Positions 26,811 through 40,150 of a stretch of DNA of 64,000 nt are shown piece after piece. Numbering within the stretch: position 1 is the stretch's first letter; every line of letters starts with the position of its first letter. This DNA comes from Camelus ferus (Eukaryota). The notes under the pieces were generated by a model. The model saw only the letters and a program-made list of their open reading frames with translations. It did no database searches and was not told the DNA's origin. The stretch spans positions 95,048,001 to 95,112,000 of the forward strand of contig NC_045696.1 in the NCBI RefSeq assembly GCF_009834535.1, written 5' to 3'. The translations under genes and the position numbers were made by a program.

Positions 26811-29019
26811 TCCTTTCTGTTACATTTTAATGGCAACGATTACATGGGAATTACTTATACTTCAGGCTGTAAAGTTATAACCAATCTACTGTAGTCATTT
26901 CAACGTGGCCCAAAAAATGTTTCAAACATTTTTTTGAATGGCATGGGGCCAGGAAAGAACTCTTGTAGAAAAGAAATTTAGTAATTGAAATTGTGTATTA
27001 TCCCATACCTTTGGGAAGTTTTCTGAGAAGTTGCAGAGAAGGGAAGTAGTTTTGATGAAATTGGCCCCCACCAAAAATCGAACCCCAAACCTTTGTTAAT
27101 GTGGAAATGGAAAATTCTGTATCTTCATTTCATTCTCTTATTCCTTAAATCTAGTGCCTGGTACTTACGCTGAGTGCACACGTACACAGTTACTGAGTTA
27201 GGGCAATGTAAGTTTACTTCCTAAGGCTAAGTCAAGAATTTCACTGTTTGGAAACTGTATTTTTTGGACTGGACTCAGAAACCCCAAGTCCATTATAAAA
27301 TAATGTACATTTCTGTAGTTTAGGGTACAGGGGACTAAGAATAGCAAGAAGAAACTCAAAACCCATTCAGGTTCCCCAAGTACTGGGTATGGCTTTCCCC
27401 TGCCTACGGAGATATTCAACACCACCCTGACAACTTATCTGATTGTAGTGATTCCAGGGAGCTGTGGGCGTTTAAGGATAAAACACAACCTGTGACAAAC
27501 CCTACCTCGGGATTTAAAAAGGCTCAAATGCCTACAGGGATCAGATAGAAATATGAGTGAGTAAGGGGATGATTTGCCTATGAAACATGTACAATTATTT
27601 TGTATTTTCCTGAAGAAATACCCTCTCCATTTTTCTTGAAACATGCGGTGGTGTCGGCATGGTGTGACATTTGTTACTCCGTGATTGGCAGTGACGTGAG
27701 TAGCTTAGAAACATTTCCAATGCTTAAAAAGGGGGGAAAAAACCCAGCAGGACTGGGCTGGTGTGATGATTGGCAGCTGTTACCCAGCCTCGGTGTTGGA
27801 GACAAAGGGAGTGATCAAATTCATGCTGTCCTAGAAAGCACATGTCTGCCTCATGGGACAGCTGCTTCTCAGCCCCAGTCATTGTTATTATATGGGAATA
27901 TGGAACCCCACTATTCCCCTATCTTCCAGTTTTTCAAGGGAAGATAGTAAACCCAGATTTTTAGGTTAAATCTCCCAATTTAAAAATGTTAGCTTAACCT
28001 CTTTAAAATTGGGTGAGTCAAGGAAAACACACAGGCCCTTCTTTGTGAAACCTCTGGTCTATACCATGCATCTGAGATTAAAGGGATTCCAAATTGTCTT
28101 GGAATTCACAAGCACTTAGAACAGAAATCAGTGAGCAATGTGCATCCCAATGGAGAAGAATCTACTTTCATGTATGATACAAAGCAGATCCTTTAGCTGT
28201 TTTTATCTCCTGCAGAATAGAAGGGGTGGGGCCGCCACTCCCCAGTGTCTGTGATTCCCTGACTTCTTGCCTGCAGCTTTAGTTCAGCATTCAACATCTG
28301 TGCCCTGTGCTTGGGGAGGACGTGCCCTGCTTTGGCTGTGTGCTTCCATCCGGGATTTGTGTTCGCATCTACAGATACTAGGTGAGGAAGTTCCTTAGTG
28401 TTTCTCCACTGCATCAAGAATTCTGTCTACGCTGGCAGTAATTGTTCTGTGAGCTCCTGGAAGACAGAGGAGGTACACTTAAGGAACAGGACTGTGTACA
28501 TTGTCAGATGGGTTAGTTGCCCATTCAGACCTGGCAGAGGCCAAGAACCCAAGCCACTGACTTCCCACAGGCACCTTTGTGGTCTTTGTTTCCAATGTAA
28601 AATACTCCAGACAAAACATACACAATTTTACTAGTCTGAGCTTCAGACATAAATCTATTCCTGGTCTCCTACCTTCAAGGGATGGGTTAGATACCTTGGG
28701 AAAACTCAAGTGTCCCTTGAACAGGAGGCCTAGACTCCAGAGGAAGCTGCTCCAAGCCCTTCTGGATTCTTATTGTTTCTTCCAAGAAATAAGTTTCTCT
28801 AGACCTCACCTTACTGCCTCAGCTGTGTTGGAGCAAAGAGAAATGAAACAGATTAAATAGAAGATGTTTCTTCCTTAAGTCTTGGCTTGGTTCAAGGTGG
28901 ACATTGAATTCTTCCTTCCTTTTGGACACTCTTCTTTGGTCTCACTTGGCCTCCCAAGGATGAGAACATCTCTAAAATACCATATCTCACAAATTGCAAT
29001 TTTGGAACATCTGGAAACT

Positions 29020-29090
29020 CCTCTCTCTCATTCTCTCTCTCTCTCTCTTTCTCTCTCTTTCTCTCCTCTCTTTCCCTCTCTCTCTCCCAC
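29020..29090. repeat. (CT)n-rich polypyrimidine tract
   Basis: Imperfect TC dinucleotide run. Confidence 0.85.
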
Positions 29091-29729
29091 TTCTTCTTTT
29101 GCTCCTATATGTCATATCCCACAATTGCTCAGAATAAAATAGTAGTAATTCTAATGTCACTGGTTTATCTGAAACCATACAGCAATCTCCGAGGGTAAAC
29201 TAACAGTGCTCAACTTCTCTGACGTTAATTTCTATCACTTTGAGCCCATAAAAGTCTTCTCCGGACTTGTCAAGGTAGACAGTTCTGGACATGTAGAAAT
29301 TTTTTGAAACTACAAATCAAGAAACAAACTTAATCAAAAACCAGAAAGAAAAAAGTTCAAAGTTTTCATCTATTCTTAAATTTAGCTCAGTGCTTCACAT
29401 ATGAGTTTTCAGTTAAAAACCGATCCTAAAGTTTCAACCTTTTCAATCCGGACAATTCAAATCTGAACTCTCTCTATCAATAACCTGTTTCCCATTTCCT
29501 TTCAGGATTCATCTCCAAGTTCCCAAGGGAATTCTTAACTGTCTTAGCTGATCTTGAAGAAAACAAACTAAAGCTAACACAGAAATAATAAACCACACTG
29601 TGTTACCCCTTTATTAAGCTGCTGGCAGGTGACACCAGTTCTGCAAATATTGGACTCTTGATAACGTCTTAAAGGTACTCTTTACACATATGATTCCTTT
29701 CTAGAAAGGAATGGACAGATAGGCCTGAC

Positions 29730-30200
29730 TCACGGCTGCTGTTTACGTGCACATCCCGAGATTCCGTAAGGGTTGTCAGGCGGCCGCACTTAGCTCTGAG
29801 CGGAGGGAGAGGCCCACATTCGTGTCTGAGTGAGAACCATCTGTGCTGGAGGCGGGACAAGGCCCCTCCAGTGGGGCTGCCCAGTCCAGCGCTGGGGAGG
29901 AAGAGAGGGCAGGTGCAGCAAGGCAGCGCTTCCCGGATACGCAGATGCCGGCCTCTCCCTTGTGTGGCGCTGCTCCCGGGTGGCTAAGCGAGAGGACCAC
30001 CTCTCGCAGAACTCAGTCTTCAGGTGATTCTCACACACAACCCATCTGCAAGTCTTCGTCTGCCAGGTAAACGTGGTTTCATGGGGACCACGTGGGCCTA
30101 TCATTTGGTTAGTTGGAAGATAGTTAAGCCATTTGTACTGCCGGGGCAGGCATCATGCCAGCTGAAACATTCTTACACAGCCCGAGCGCTCGGGATGATT
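29730..30200. promoter_or_regulatory. GC/CpG-rich patch (candidate enhancer or weak CpG island)
   Basis: About 25 CpG by hand count, a GCGGCCGC near 29780 and a CACGTG near 30089, in non-repeat-looking sequence. Confidence 0.4.
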
Positions 30201-31919
30201 TGTGCATCTTGGAACCAGGCACAATAAGCAGCTTAAGATACTTGGAGCTGAGAAAGGAAAACAAAGGATGTGGTCTCACTGTGGCTCCCTGACCTCAGGG
30301 ATCTGTGTGGTTTCCATGATTATAAACGACCTTAACAGAAATTGAGTTTTAGGTACAGAGAAAAGTTTCTCAGCAGCAGGAGGACAGTGATGAAATCGCC
30401 AGGCCAGAATGTCAGAGAGTCACTCTGGTTCTGCTCCTTTCTACACGTCGTGGTTGTCACGGTTCTTCTTCCCTCTGCAAGTCACCTTTTGGCTTGGCAG
30501 AAGTGAGCTGCAGACTGGAGGCTGTCAAGGAAGTGCGAGCTGGGTCTCCCAGCTGTGTTGCTGTGAGGGATTTAATGAGAGAGCGGATGAGCTCCCCACG
30601 CACATTTGGGCAGAGCAGAGTTCATGCTCCCCTCTGGGGTGGGGCTGTGCTAAAAGGACTCATTCTGCTTTGGCTGATAAGTAAGCATGCTTCCTGTTTC
30701 TCTCTGAGGGCAAGAAACTTAAAGCAGACACTCAGCAGCATTCGAGAGCCATGGTGCTTTCACCCAATTAAGTCGAGACTCCAGCCTTAACTTTTGTGTA
30801 AGCCTCTCTTTGGCTAAAGAGCTCTTCTTGACCTCCTCAGAGGAAAGGACTTGCAGAGGAGAGACCTCTGTCCTCTCTCCCTGACACCAGACTAAAGGAT
30901 CCCTTGAAAATACCAGAACCGAGAAGCATGTTACTTTATCCACCTAACTCTCGGTGATTATTTTAATATTTTTATAGTAACACATCTTTGCCACAAAGCT
31001 GGTGTATCACTACATAGAATCTATTTTTCTTATAATGGATATGTCATTTTCTTTCCTTATGTTCCAGCATGGAATCTCTTTCATGTGTGTAGTGAATCCT
31101 CCTGATGAGTGTGGGTGGGAGACAGTGACCTCCTTTCAGAAAAGAACCTGAAAAACTGCTTCCTCGGAGTCTGTTGAAAGCAGGACACAGGGGTGTGCCA
31201 ATCAGATGCTGTCTTGGGGGATGCAGAGACACGTTCATCGGGCTAGCGGGGCAAGCCCTCCTGTCAGGTCCCGCAGGATCAGGATCAGTGGTGCAGCCTC
31301 AGAGTCTGTGCCTAGAAATGGCAGCATTTCCTCCTTCCCTCCCACCCCTTACTTTTACTTCCCCCTCCCCCACTAATTTTGGCTCTGATCGTCAAGTCTT
31401 TATTGACAGTCCCATCCTGAAAGGGGCAGAACTGAAATGATACTCTTCATTCCCATTTTGCAGTTGATAAAACTGAGACCTAACAGATTTGGACAAATAA
31501 TTCTAGTCAAACATCTAAAGCATAGAATGCCTTCCTCTTAATCTGACACTTCCAGTGCTGTGTTACTGTATCACTTAAAAAGTACACTTGATATGTTTCC
31601 TGAAGATGAATGGGCTAGTCATCCAATTCTACAGATACAGGGAGATAAAGAGAAACAGTAGACAAAAGTTTACAAAATTTTACATATTTCTTCATTTTTT
31701 TCCATTGTCTTTGAGGTAGAATATAGTAGATAGATGTATATTTGCATCTAGTCAATGTTTATTTGGGGACCTGTGGGGTTACATGGTCATATGAAAAAAA
31801 TTGGGGGGGGGGGGGCCACGGAAATCGTTGGCCCAGTAAATTAAGGGTATCTTTTATCTGTGTTAGTATTATAAACAGGGAAAAAGCCTTTTGATGGTGT
31901 GCATAAACACAGTGCTCTT

Positions 31920-32580
31920 TCCAAAGGTCAATCTTGCCTTTCTCTGGTTTAAAGTCACCCTGTGGTTTCCCACTGCACTTGAAATAGAATCTAAAGTCTA
32001 CGTAGAATGACCATCACTCGGACTCCACTCTGGGACAGTTGTGAGATGAAAGGGGTCCCCTTGGTCATCACAACAGGACAGCAGTCACAAACTGAGGCCA
32101 TTCCTGCAAACCAAGACACATGGTTACCCTACTCGCAGGGACATTGCTTTCCCCCTAACCTCATGTGGTAGCACTAATCTCATAGCTCAGTTTGCTTCTG
32201 GCATGCTCTCTTCTGTCTTGCTTTTTTTTTTTTCTTTGCTCTTGGCTATCTTAAGCTAGATTTCTTCTCAGAGCCTCGCTGTGCCCTCTGCCAGGAACTC
32301 TCTCCCACTATCTATCCACTCGGCTGCTTCCATGTCACTCTGTACTCTGCTCAAATTTAGTCAGGAGAGTGGCCTTTCCTGACCGTCCTAATACTGCTCA
32401 CTCCCCACCCCCTACTTCCCCTTCTGGTTGTCTTTTATTTGAAACAATTGTGTTTATTGGTTTAATGCCCACAAAGTCAAAGGCCTTTGTCTCTCAAGTC
32501 TACTTCTTTATCTGCAGTGCCTAGGACAGGGACAGGCCCATGGTAAGTACTCAAATTTATTTGCCAAATGAATGAATATG
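31920..32580 (+). mobile_element. L2a 3' end, interrupted by a MITE
   Basis: 'gtggtttcccactgcacttgaaatagaatctaaagtc' through 'cagtgcctaggacagggacaggcccatggtaagtactcaaatttatttgccaaatgaatgaat'. Confidence 0.8.
32003..32131. mobile_element. hAT-Blackjack MITE (MER81-like)
   Basis: Degenerate terminal inverted repeats tagaatgacca...tggttacccta, about 130 bp, with 'gggacag' internal motifs. Confidence 0.65.
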
Positions 32581-32989
32581 GAACAGTAGAATTGAAAAGA
32601 ATATTATGCAACCTTACTGGTGATGATTGTCGAGGCGCAAAGACATGCGGACGTTCTTACAGCCACACATATACAACACAGCCAAAGCACAACTCCTGTG
32701 AGAGCTTATTTTTATTTCTTCTATTTACAGTAACGTTGTAGAAAAGTACATTCATTTTTTAATGGCTCAAAGGCACCGACCTGTTTCAGAGAGTTTCATA
32801 CACTGCCTAGCAGCTGAGATTCAGTGAATTCATATGCCTCCTCACTACGCTCACAACCATTCACTTTCTACTCTTTTTGTTTGACCTTTCCCTGTGCCTA
32901 CCCAAATTTTTATTTCTTCAGAGACTTAAGTCCCAGAAGCACATCATTTCACCTGTAGTCGCTTCTGTCTGTATCTCTTACAGGCGACG

Positions 32990-35010
32990 TTTGTTTGTTA
33001 GCGTAACTACAGAACTATTATCCTATCTGACAAGATTCATAAATAATGCCTTAATATCCAATATACGGACTGTCCACTTTTCTCCAATTGCCTAAAAAAA
33101 TTCACTTTTATAATTGGTTTGTTTGAATCAAGAGAACAAATGAGAACCAAATATTGCTTTTCATTTATCTGTGTCAATTTTTCTTTTGATCTGTAACACT
33201 TCTCGCTCCTTTCTATGCCATTTATTTGTTAAAGAAACTGGGTCATTTGTCTTACAGTTTCTCACATTCTGGACTTGGCTGACTCTACCTTCATGGTGTC
33301 TTCAACATGTTTGTTTACCTCCCATTTCCCTGTGAGTTCGTAGTTAATGATCCAGAATCTCATTTTTCTTAGTGCTGTCTACTTGCAGTTATGGAAAAGC
33401 CTCGTGTCTGGATGTCCCACTTTGAGGACTGCTCGGACTGAGCGCTGGGTTCAGGTACTGTCAGTTTCATCCATCTACTTTGACCCCACCCCCAATACAC
33501 ACCAGTTTCTCACCGAAAGTTCATAGCAGATATTAATGATTATTGCCTAAATCTGTTACTTCACTAGCAATTTCAAAATGAATTCTTTTCAAAGCCTATA
33601 GTTTCTTCTTCTTCTATTAAGGAACATTTCTCCAACTATTTGGTTGCCTTAAAATTTAGTCCTTGCAGGAAAAGCAGGATAAATGCTTAAGTCTTTCTTT
33701 ACTTATCAATTTTCAGAGTAATGAGTCATTATTCCAGCAAACTCCAAAACTGACCATTGGTTTTTTATTTTTTAATGTCATCATAAATTCACTGACTTTT
33801 AAATATTTTACTTAACATGTTCAATTCTTAGCAATCATTATTATTATTATTATTTGGGTTTTTTTGGTATTTGAGGTCTTCAGATGCCGGCCAGTGGGAG
33901 CTCCTTCGTGTGCTCCTGTGTCCTTTTGACACCACCTAGTTTTCTTTCAGGCACAATTTATGCTCAAAATTCATCTTGTACATTTCCTGTTCCAGACCTG
34001 GAATCAGCAGTTTTCCAAGGAGTCTTAGTTTCTTTTAATGGGAAATATATATTTTTAAATCACAGTCTGGTCACCAGGAGTGTTCATTATTTCCAGGTGT
34101 TCAATGCTTCAAGTTTTTTTGTTTGTTTGTTTTTAGTGAACAAGTAAGAAAGTATGTATTTTTTAGAAAAATAAACATCTAGGTTCATGCTGATATTTTC
34201 ACCAATTCAAATAAAAGATTCTGGTATTTTTACTTAAATTCGTTGGTTTTCTATTTATATCTCTCTTCTCTTCCTCTGAAAATGTCCTGGCTCATGAAGA
34301 TAGTAATATAATTCATTATTTTTTATTTCAACATATATAACATTTTCAAAATAACAGTAACAGTATTTCTAGTAACAGCAAACCTACTGAATGCATTTAA
34401 TAATTTCTTTGTGGTTTTCTTTTTTATCATCAGAATGTACAGTCAAAATACTATGCTTTAAAACCACTTGAAATGAATCTTCCCCATGTCATTGCCACCA
34501 ACTTGATATACGGTTTGGTTTACTTGTTTCTGGTTTTTGTAGTCATTATTTTTTAGAATAGGTTTTGATTTTGCTTTTTAAATTGTGTGAAATATAAGTA
34601 TGATTTCAAAATCAAAACCACAAAACAAGGCACATTCAGTTTCAGAGAAGTGTAGTTTCCCTCCCTGCCCCATCCTCTGTTTCCCCTTCCTTCATAGGTA
34701 ACATATTGATTAGGTTTTACTTTAATCATATATTAATAAATAATTTAATCGTATATGCATATATATGATCTCCCTCCTTTGTTGCACAAAATGTAGCATG
34801 CTATCCATACTCTTGTACAGCTTGCTTGCTATTTTTAAAAATGTTCAACTAACAATGTATTTTGGCAATAACTCCGTAGAAATATAGAGAGATATTGTTA
34901 ATTTCTTTACACGTGGCCAGGACTTCACTATTTGAACATACCTGGTTTATTCAATCCCTCCTCTGCTGATGGGCATTTGGGTTGTTTCCAGTCTTTTTCT
35001 ATTTCAACTA
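32990..35010 (-). mobile_element. Old L1 3' region (L1MC4-like)
   Basis: 'aagaaactgggtcatttgtc...tctcacattctggacttggctga', 'ccagacctggaatcagc...tccaaggagtc' and 'tgatgggcatttgggttgtttccagt'. Confidence 0.75.
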
Positions 35011-35239
35011 GTGGGTCAGTCCATTTTTCAGGCTTTATCTCCCTGGGAAAGCTATAGAAAGCCATATTCTGTCGCAGGCCATTCAGTGGCCTTCACTGAT
35101 GCCCACTACCTTAAATATCCTAGGAGATTGTCACATATCATGGTCCAGTTCCTGCCCTAGAGGAACTCACGGTCCAATTGCAGCAGGAGTTCTAGATGCT
35201 TTCACATATGACTGCATCACTGTGTACCTGCGTGGCTTC

Positions 35240-35435
35240 ATCGTGTGTGACTTGGGGCAGATTAACTGACTTCTGTCAGTCAGTTTCCCCGACTGTGAAA
35301 AGTGGTAGTGAGGTCTACCTGCTAGATGCATCACCAACATAAAATGAGACATTTTGAAATATTTTTGAGACAAAATGAGGTATTTTTAAAAACACAATGC
35401 CCGGCACATAGTAAGCACTCAATCAATGTCATCTA
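35240..35435 (+). mobile_element. MIR SINE
   Basis: 'gtgtgacttggggcag...cagtttcccc' and 'aatgcccggcacatagtaagcactcaat'. Confidence 0.7.
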
Positions 35436-38400
35436 TAATTGCATCTAGATTATTGGATAAACATATCACCAACAAAAACTTATATTACTATTTTGGAAGT
35501 AGCGTGGTGGGGTAGGAAGAGCAAGGACTTCGGTGACAACCTAGACTTAGGTACTCACTCCACCATTTCCTCTAACCTCCCTCGAGCAGTTGCCATTGAG
35601 CTTCAGTGCCCTCCCCTAAAATGGGAAAAACACCACTCCTCTGGTTTTGGTTTTTTGATAATTACAAGAGATTGCACCAAAGACAACTTCGGGCACAGAG
35701 TAAGCAGATAATAATTATGGCTTTATAGCTCTCTCCTGCTCTAATGTTCTACAACACAAAGACTTAAGTTGGCAACTGGCATCCAGCCAACATACAAGTG
35801 TGGCCCTCTTGCAGGGGATGCTTTGCAAATGTCTTTGACTTATGGCAAGGCAGAGGGCACCAGGGACTTCCCGGTTAGGATTCCCTCCAGCCCGCGCAGA
35901 TCCGTTTTCTTGAAACCAGAGCATTTTTTAGTTTATCTGAGGCTCTATCTCTCTCCTTAGAGATGTTCTGTTTTGTTCTGCCTCTTGATCTCTACTCTGC
36001 CCGGTAGTCCAATGCAACACCTACAGTGCTATACTAAAAACTGTAGTCCTGGGTTCAGATGACCTTCAAACTCGAAAGGCAAAGTAGGCTTCACTCAGCC
36101 CAAAGTGTATTTGACTTTAAGACAAGACAGGAAACAACAAAGCCTGCATAGCAACAGCACAGTGGGGGGTCTCATGACTCCCATTCATAGCACCTGACGT
36201 CTCAGTCATTTTACGTTTGGGGCATATGTGTGGTCATGAGAAGCAGACCAAGTATAAAGGGACCACTTCAACTCAGGGAAAACCACAGCTGCGTGGTTCC
36301 CTCACCATTCATCCCTAGTGAATTATGGCCCTTCTCCCTCATTTAGGTGCAAATGAGTAGCCTGACTCTCATCACCTCAGGCCACTCATCACTCCATCTC
36401 AGTGATATGGTAATGCTGGTGCTTGGTTCAGAACACAGTCATCAAATAGATTCTCATTTATCTTGGGTATGGTATGGGTAAACTCTGAATTAAGTCCTTG
36501 AGTTAATCTTGTGGGGAGGATTGACCAAGGATCAAATCCAGGGGTGTCTCCAGAACTAGAGGAAAGGTCCCAGAAACAGCTGTTAAGCCTTGCCACTAGA
36601 AATATCTGTGGAAGGTAGTGTAGTACAATATGATATAGTGTACTAGGTACTTTGTGAAGTACTTTATGTAAATCATCTTCTTTTACCCCCCATGACCGTC
36701 CTATGAGATAAATGTCATTTTCTTCCAGTGTTAAAGATGAAAAACTAAATTCCATGTTTGAAATCTAATGGGCCAATGTTCAGAGCCTGACTGGCCCGCT
36801 TACTTTGTCTGCCTTTGGGAAGGATGCTTAGCCCCAAGCCCTGCTTTCTCGTTGTGATAATACCTACCTTGAGAGCATCGTGAACAGTTGTAAAGCTGGT
36901 GTACTGGACAAAAGTGTGAATTGACACTGAAATCCAGTCTGCACTCCCCTCCCTAAGCCATGTGCCTTATGACATTATCTTGCCGGATTTCCAGGAGTTT
37001 TTTGCTATTTGCACAGACACGTTCTATGGGCTAGTGGAAGCCATACCTGCAAACCCTGTATAGTTCGTATTTTTTGTAAAGATTAAAGGAAATAAATGTA
37101 GAGTGGCTTATACATAGAAAGCAAGTAATTAATGTCTGTTTTCTTCTCTCCCTACAACAGCTCAATGATGAATTTTTCCTTCCACAGAAACTGTAGATGG
37201 CCAGCAACAAATTATGCTTAAAATTACTCTGGCCACACGGCCATGCTCTCTTAGTGGAGATATTCAAATCGGTAATTTAGTCTCCAGCAGTGGAATTTAA
37301 GGCACGTGCTTTTAGCAGAAGAGGGTTCCAGAGATGTGGGTTCCCTCATCCTCTGACCATGTCACACAGATCATCACCTACTTTGCTTTTTTCCAAGGGC
37401 AGCACTTCCTGGGTAAAGTGATATCTTCACTTAAAGCTGAAAACCACTGTCCAGCTTATTTCAAAATTCTAGTCTATCACCTTACATATAAAAATCAGCT
37501 TTGCCAACTATCTGCCAAAATAAAAGTTTCCAAGTCCATTGGGTCCACAACATTCCATGTGACCTAAACAGTTTGCATTGGCACAATCCATAGTCTTAAT
37601 AGCACCATCATTTTCTTTGACTGCTTTGTATATTCTATCAACGGATAGAGCAGACTCAAGCATATCCTCACAGCATGCCCTTGAATAATTCTTTTATCTG
37701 AAGATTCATAGGGAAAAGAAATCTGATCCCATGACAAAGAGGATGCAAGAGAGGATTTCTTTCCTTTTCAATTAGATGTGCTTTGTATGAATGATTTTTA
37801 AGCTCTGGGAATCTCAGTACCATTTTCATGGTCATAGAAAGTAAGAACAACTAACTTAGCAATAACTACTGTGCAAAACATGTATTTTTTTTTCTTACCA
37901 TCTAGACAATAGTGTGGCCAATAAAGCCACAAAATATTAAAGTGCATTTGTCCTGAGAGACACCAAGTATTTCCAGCAATGGTAGAAGCAATTGGGAGGG
38001 CAAAGATCTTTCATCACGGGGTAAGAAGGGTGAAATCAGGAGTAGATTTTTCTCAAGAGAATGGGGCAAAGGGCAGCAGTGGTTGTGTCAGATGCCAGGG
38101 ACTCCAAACCAGAAAGACTGACTTAACTGTCCTCTGCCATGCCTTCTGGGAATTCCTGTTCCTGCCTGAGAACCTCTTGTTTGAGGTTCTCCAGAGTCAG
38201 CCCACAAATGCTTTCTCATTCTTTTTCTGTCCCCTTTGTATTTAGTTCATGTCATTGCAAAATGTCTCAGAAAAGATATTCTTTCCTTAGATATTGTGCT
38301 TTCTCTTCTATTGTTCCCAAACAAAGGACAGATGCAGATAGGATTTCACCGTTCTCGGGGAGCAGTTCATCCATATTACTGGGAGTCACGTCCTGGCTGT

Positions 38401-39667
38401 ATGGGCAGCACGGGTGTGCCAGGGGTTTTGAATTATGCCTATGATGTGGGACAGAGTACCTGTCCTCTAGGAGCTTATTGGCTTCTCACACGATATTTCT
38501 GTCACCTTGTGTGGCTCCCACCACTGTACTGTGAGCCGAGGCAAGGGCAGAAACAAGACTTCTTCAGTACTCAGTCACTTGTAAGTGTCTGATTCTAATA
38601 CTGCACAATGTGAATATTTATTGATTGGATGAATAAATCAGTTGAAGGAAATCAAGGATGTCACGTGATGGGGATAGAAAAGGCTTTGGGTGAAAAAGAA
38701 AAACAAAAATCAAACACTGTGGGATGAGGAACCATGGGAAATGTATGGTGTCTCAGGTGGCTGGATCCAGAGACGATGTTGGAAAGCAGTGGGAGAGACA
38801 GCTGGATGGCCAGTGCTTGAGCCCTTGGATAAAGGAGTTGGAACTAAATTCCATTTGCAAGAGGTGGTGGATTTCATGTGCCTAAGCAGAGGAACCTCCC
38901 TAGAATGGAGACGGGCTGTTTCCTTTAATTCAAAGCATATGTACACCTGCACATATGTGTAAAGTGGAAATATAACAAATGTCTGGTGACCACAGAGTAA
39001 CGAGATTGGTCCTCTTACCCGTGGATACAGTCAGGGTACATATTTTTATGGCCTCCTCTTGAGAATTTTTCAAGTACTAAGCTACTGCTGTTTGTTGTAG
39101 TTGCTGTATCTTTGGCCAAAAGTCAGGGGCTGACCCAGTACAGTATTTCTGCCCCTGTTACTGAGCTGAGAGATTTGAAGTCTTTTTCTAAGGGTAATTT
39201 TTGAATTCATCAGAATATAAAAGGAAGTTACTGAGCCTTAGATTTTTATATCACAAAATCCCATCTCTAAAACCTTCAGTGACAAGATCTATAATTTACC
39301 CAAAATAGCTGTTCCGTGTAGAATCTGTTTAAGGTAAGTTAGATTTTGATAGAATGGGTAGATTTAAGGTATGTCACGATAGTTAATGCAGTTGATGGGT
39401 TCACAGCCTGTAACATTTCCTTCCCCACTGACCTTCATTCTGTGCTGAGGTGCCCTAGACATGGAACATCTCCTGACATAAAGCATTTATTTCTCTTTAC
39501 TGTGCCACTTCCTCCCCGACCTTGTAACTGAGGTCTTGCCTCACAACTGGTTTTTGATGCTTGCCCAGTTTTCTCGGATGAGACGTTGCCTTCAAATGGG
39601 ATTCCTTCATTTGATCCTGCCACGTTTTACCTGTCTTTATCTGCACCCTATCTGAATCTAGTTAAGT

Positions 39668-39842
39668 CAGTGCCTCTCAAACTTTAGTATGCGTCAGAAT
39701 CCCTTGGAGGGCTTTTAAAAGCACAGATTTCTGGACTTCATCTCCAGAGTGTCTGACTCAGGTGTTTGGGAGTTGAGCCTGTGAATTTGCATTTCTAACA
39801 AGCTCTCCCAGGTGATTAGAGGCCACATTTTGAATTGCTACA
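39668..39842. mobile_element. MER5A-like hAT-Charlie MITE
   Basis: 'cagtgcctctcaaactttagtatgcgtcagaatc...tctgactcagg...tttgcatttctaacaagctctcccaggtgatt'. Confidence 0.85.
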
Positions 39843-39957
39843 GTAGACACATTAGTCTTACGCATGTTCAAAATTTGGACTACAGGGTAAGAATAGAAGG
39901 CTAGTCTCTGACCCACATTTATAAGGAGTTCAGACATGAGAGAATGAAATAATACTT

Positions 39958-40150
39958 TAATAATAACTAACATTTATTGGGTGACTATTGTGTATTTATT
40001 ATAGTACTACACTAACCATGTAGGTTAGGTATAATTAATGTAGTATTAATAGTCTCATTTTAAAGATAAGAAAACTGACTTTTAGATAAATCATATACTT
40101 TTCCTGATGTCACACAACTGGGTTTGAACTCAGATTTCTCTGCTCTCAGA
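39958..40150 (-). mobile_element. MIR SINE
   Basis: 'ataactaacatttattg...ctcattttaaagataagaaaactgac...gtcacacaactgggtttgaactcag'. Confidence 0.7.

Noticed and set aside
24717..31440. Cluster of overlapping 60-125 aa ORFs
   Set aside because: Expected from higher GC content; no recognisable domains or consistent exon structure.
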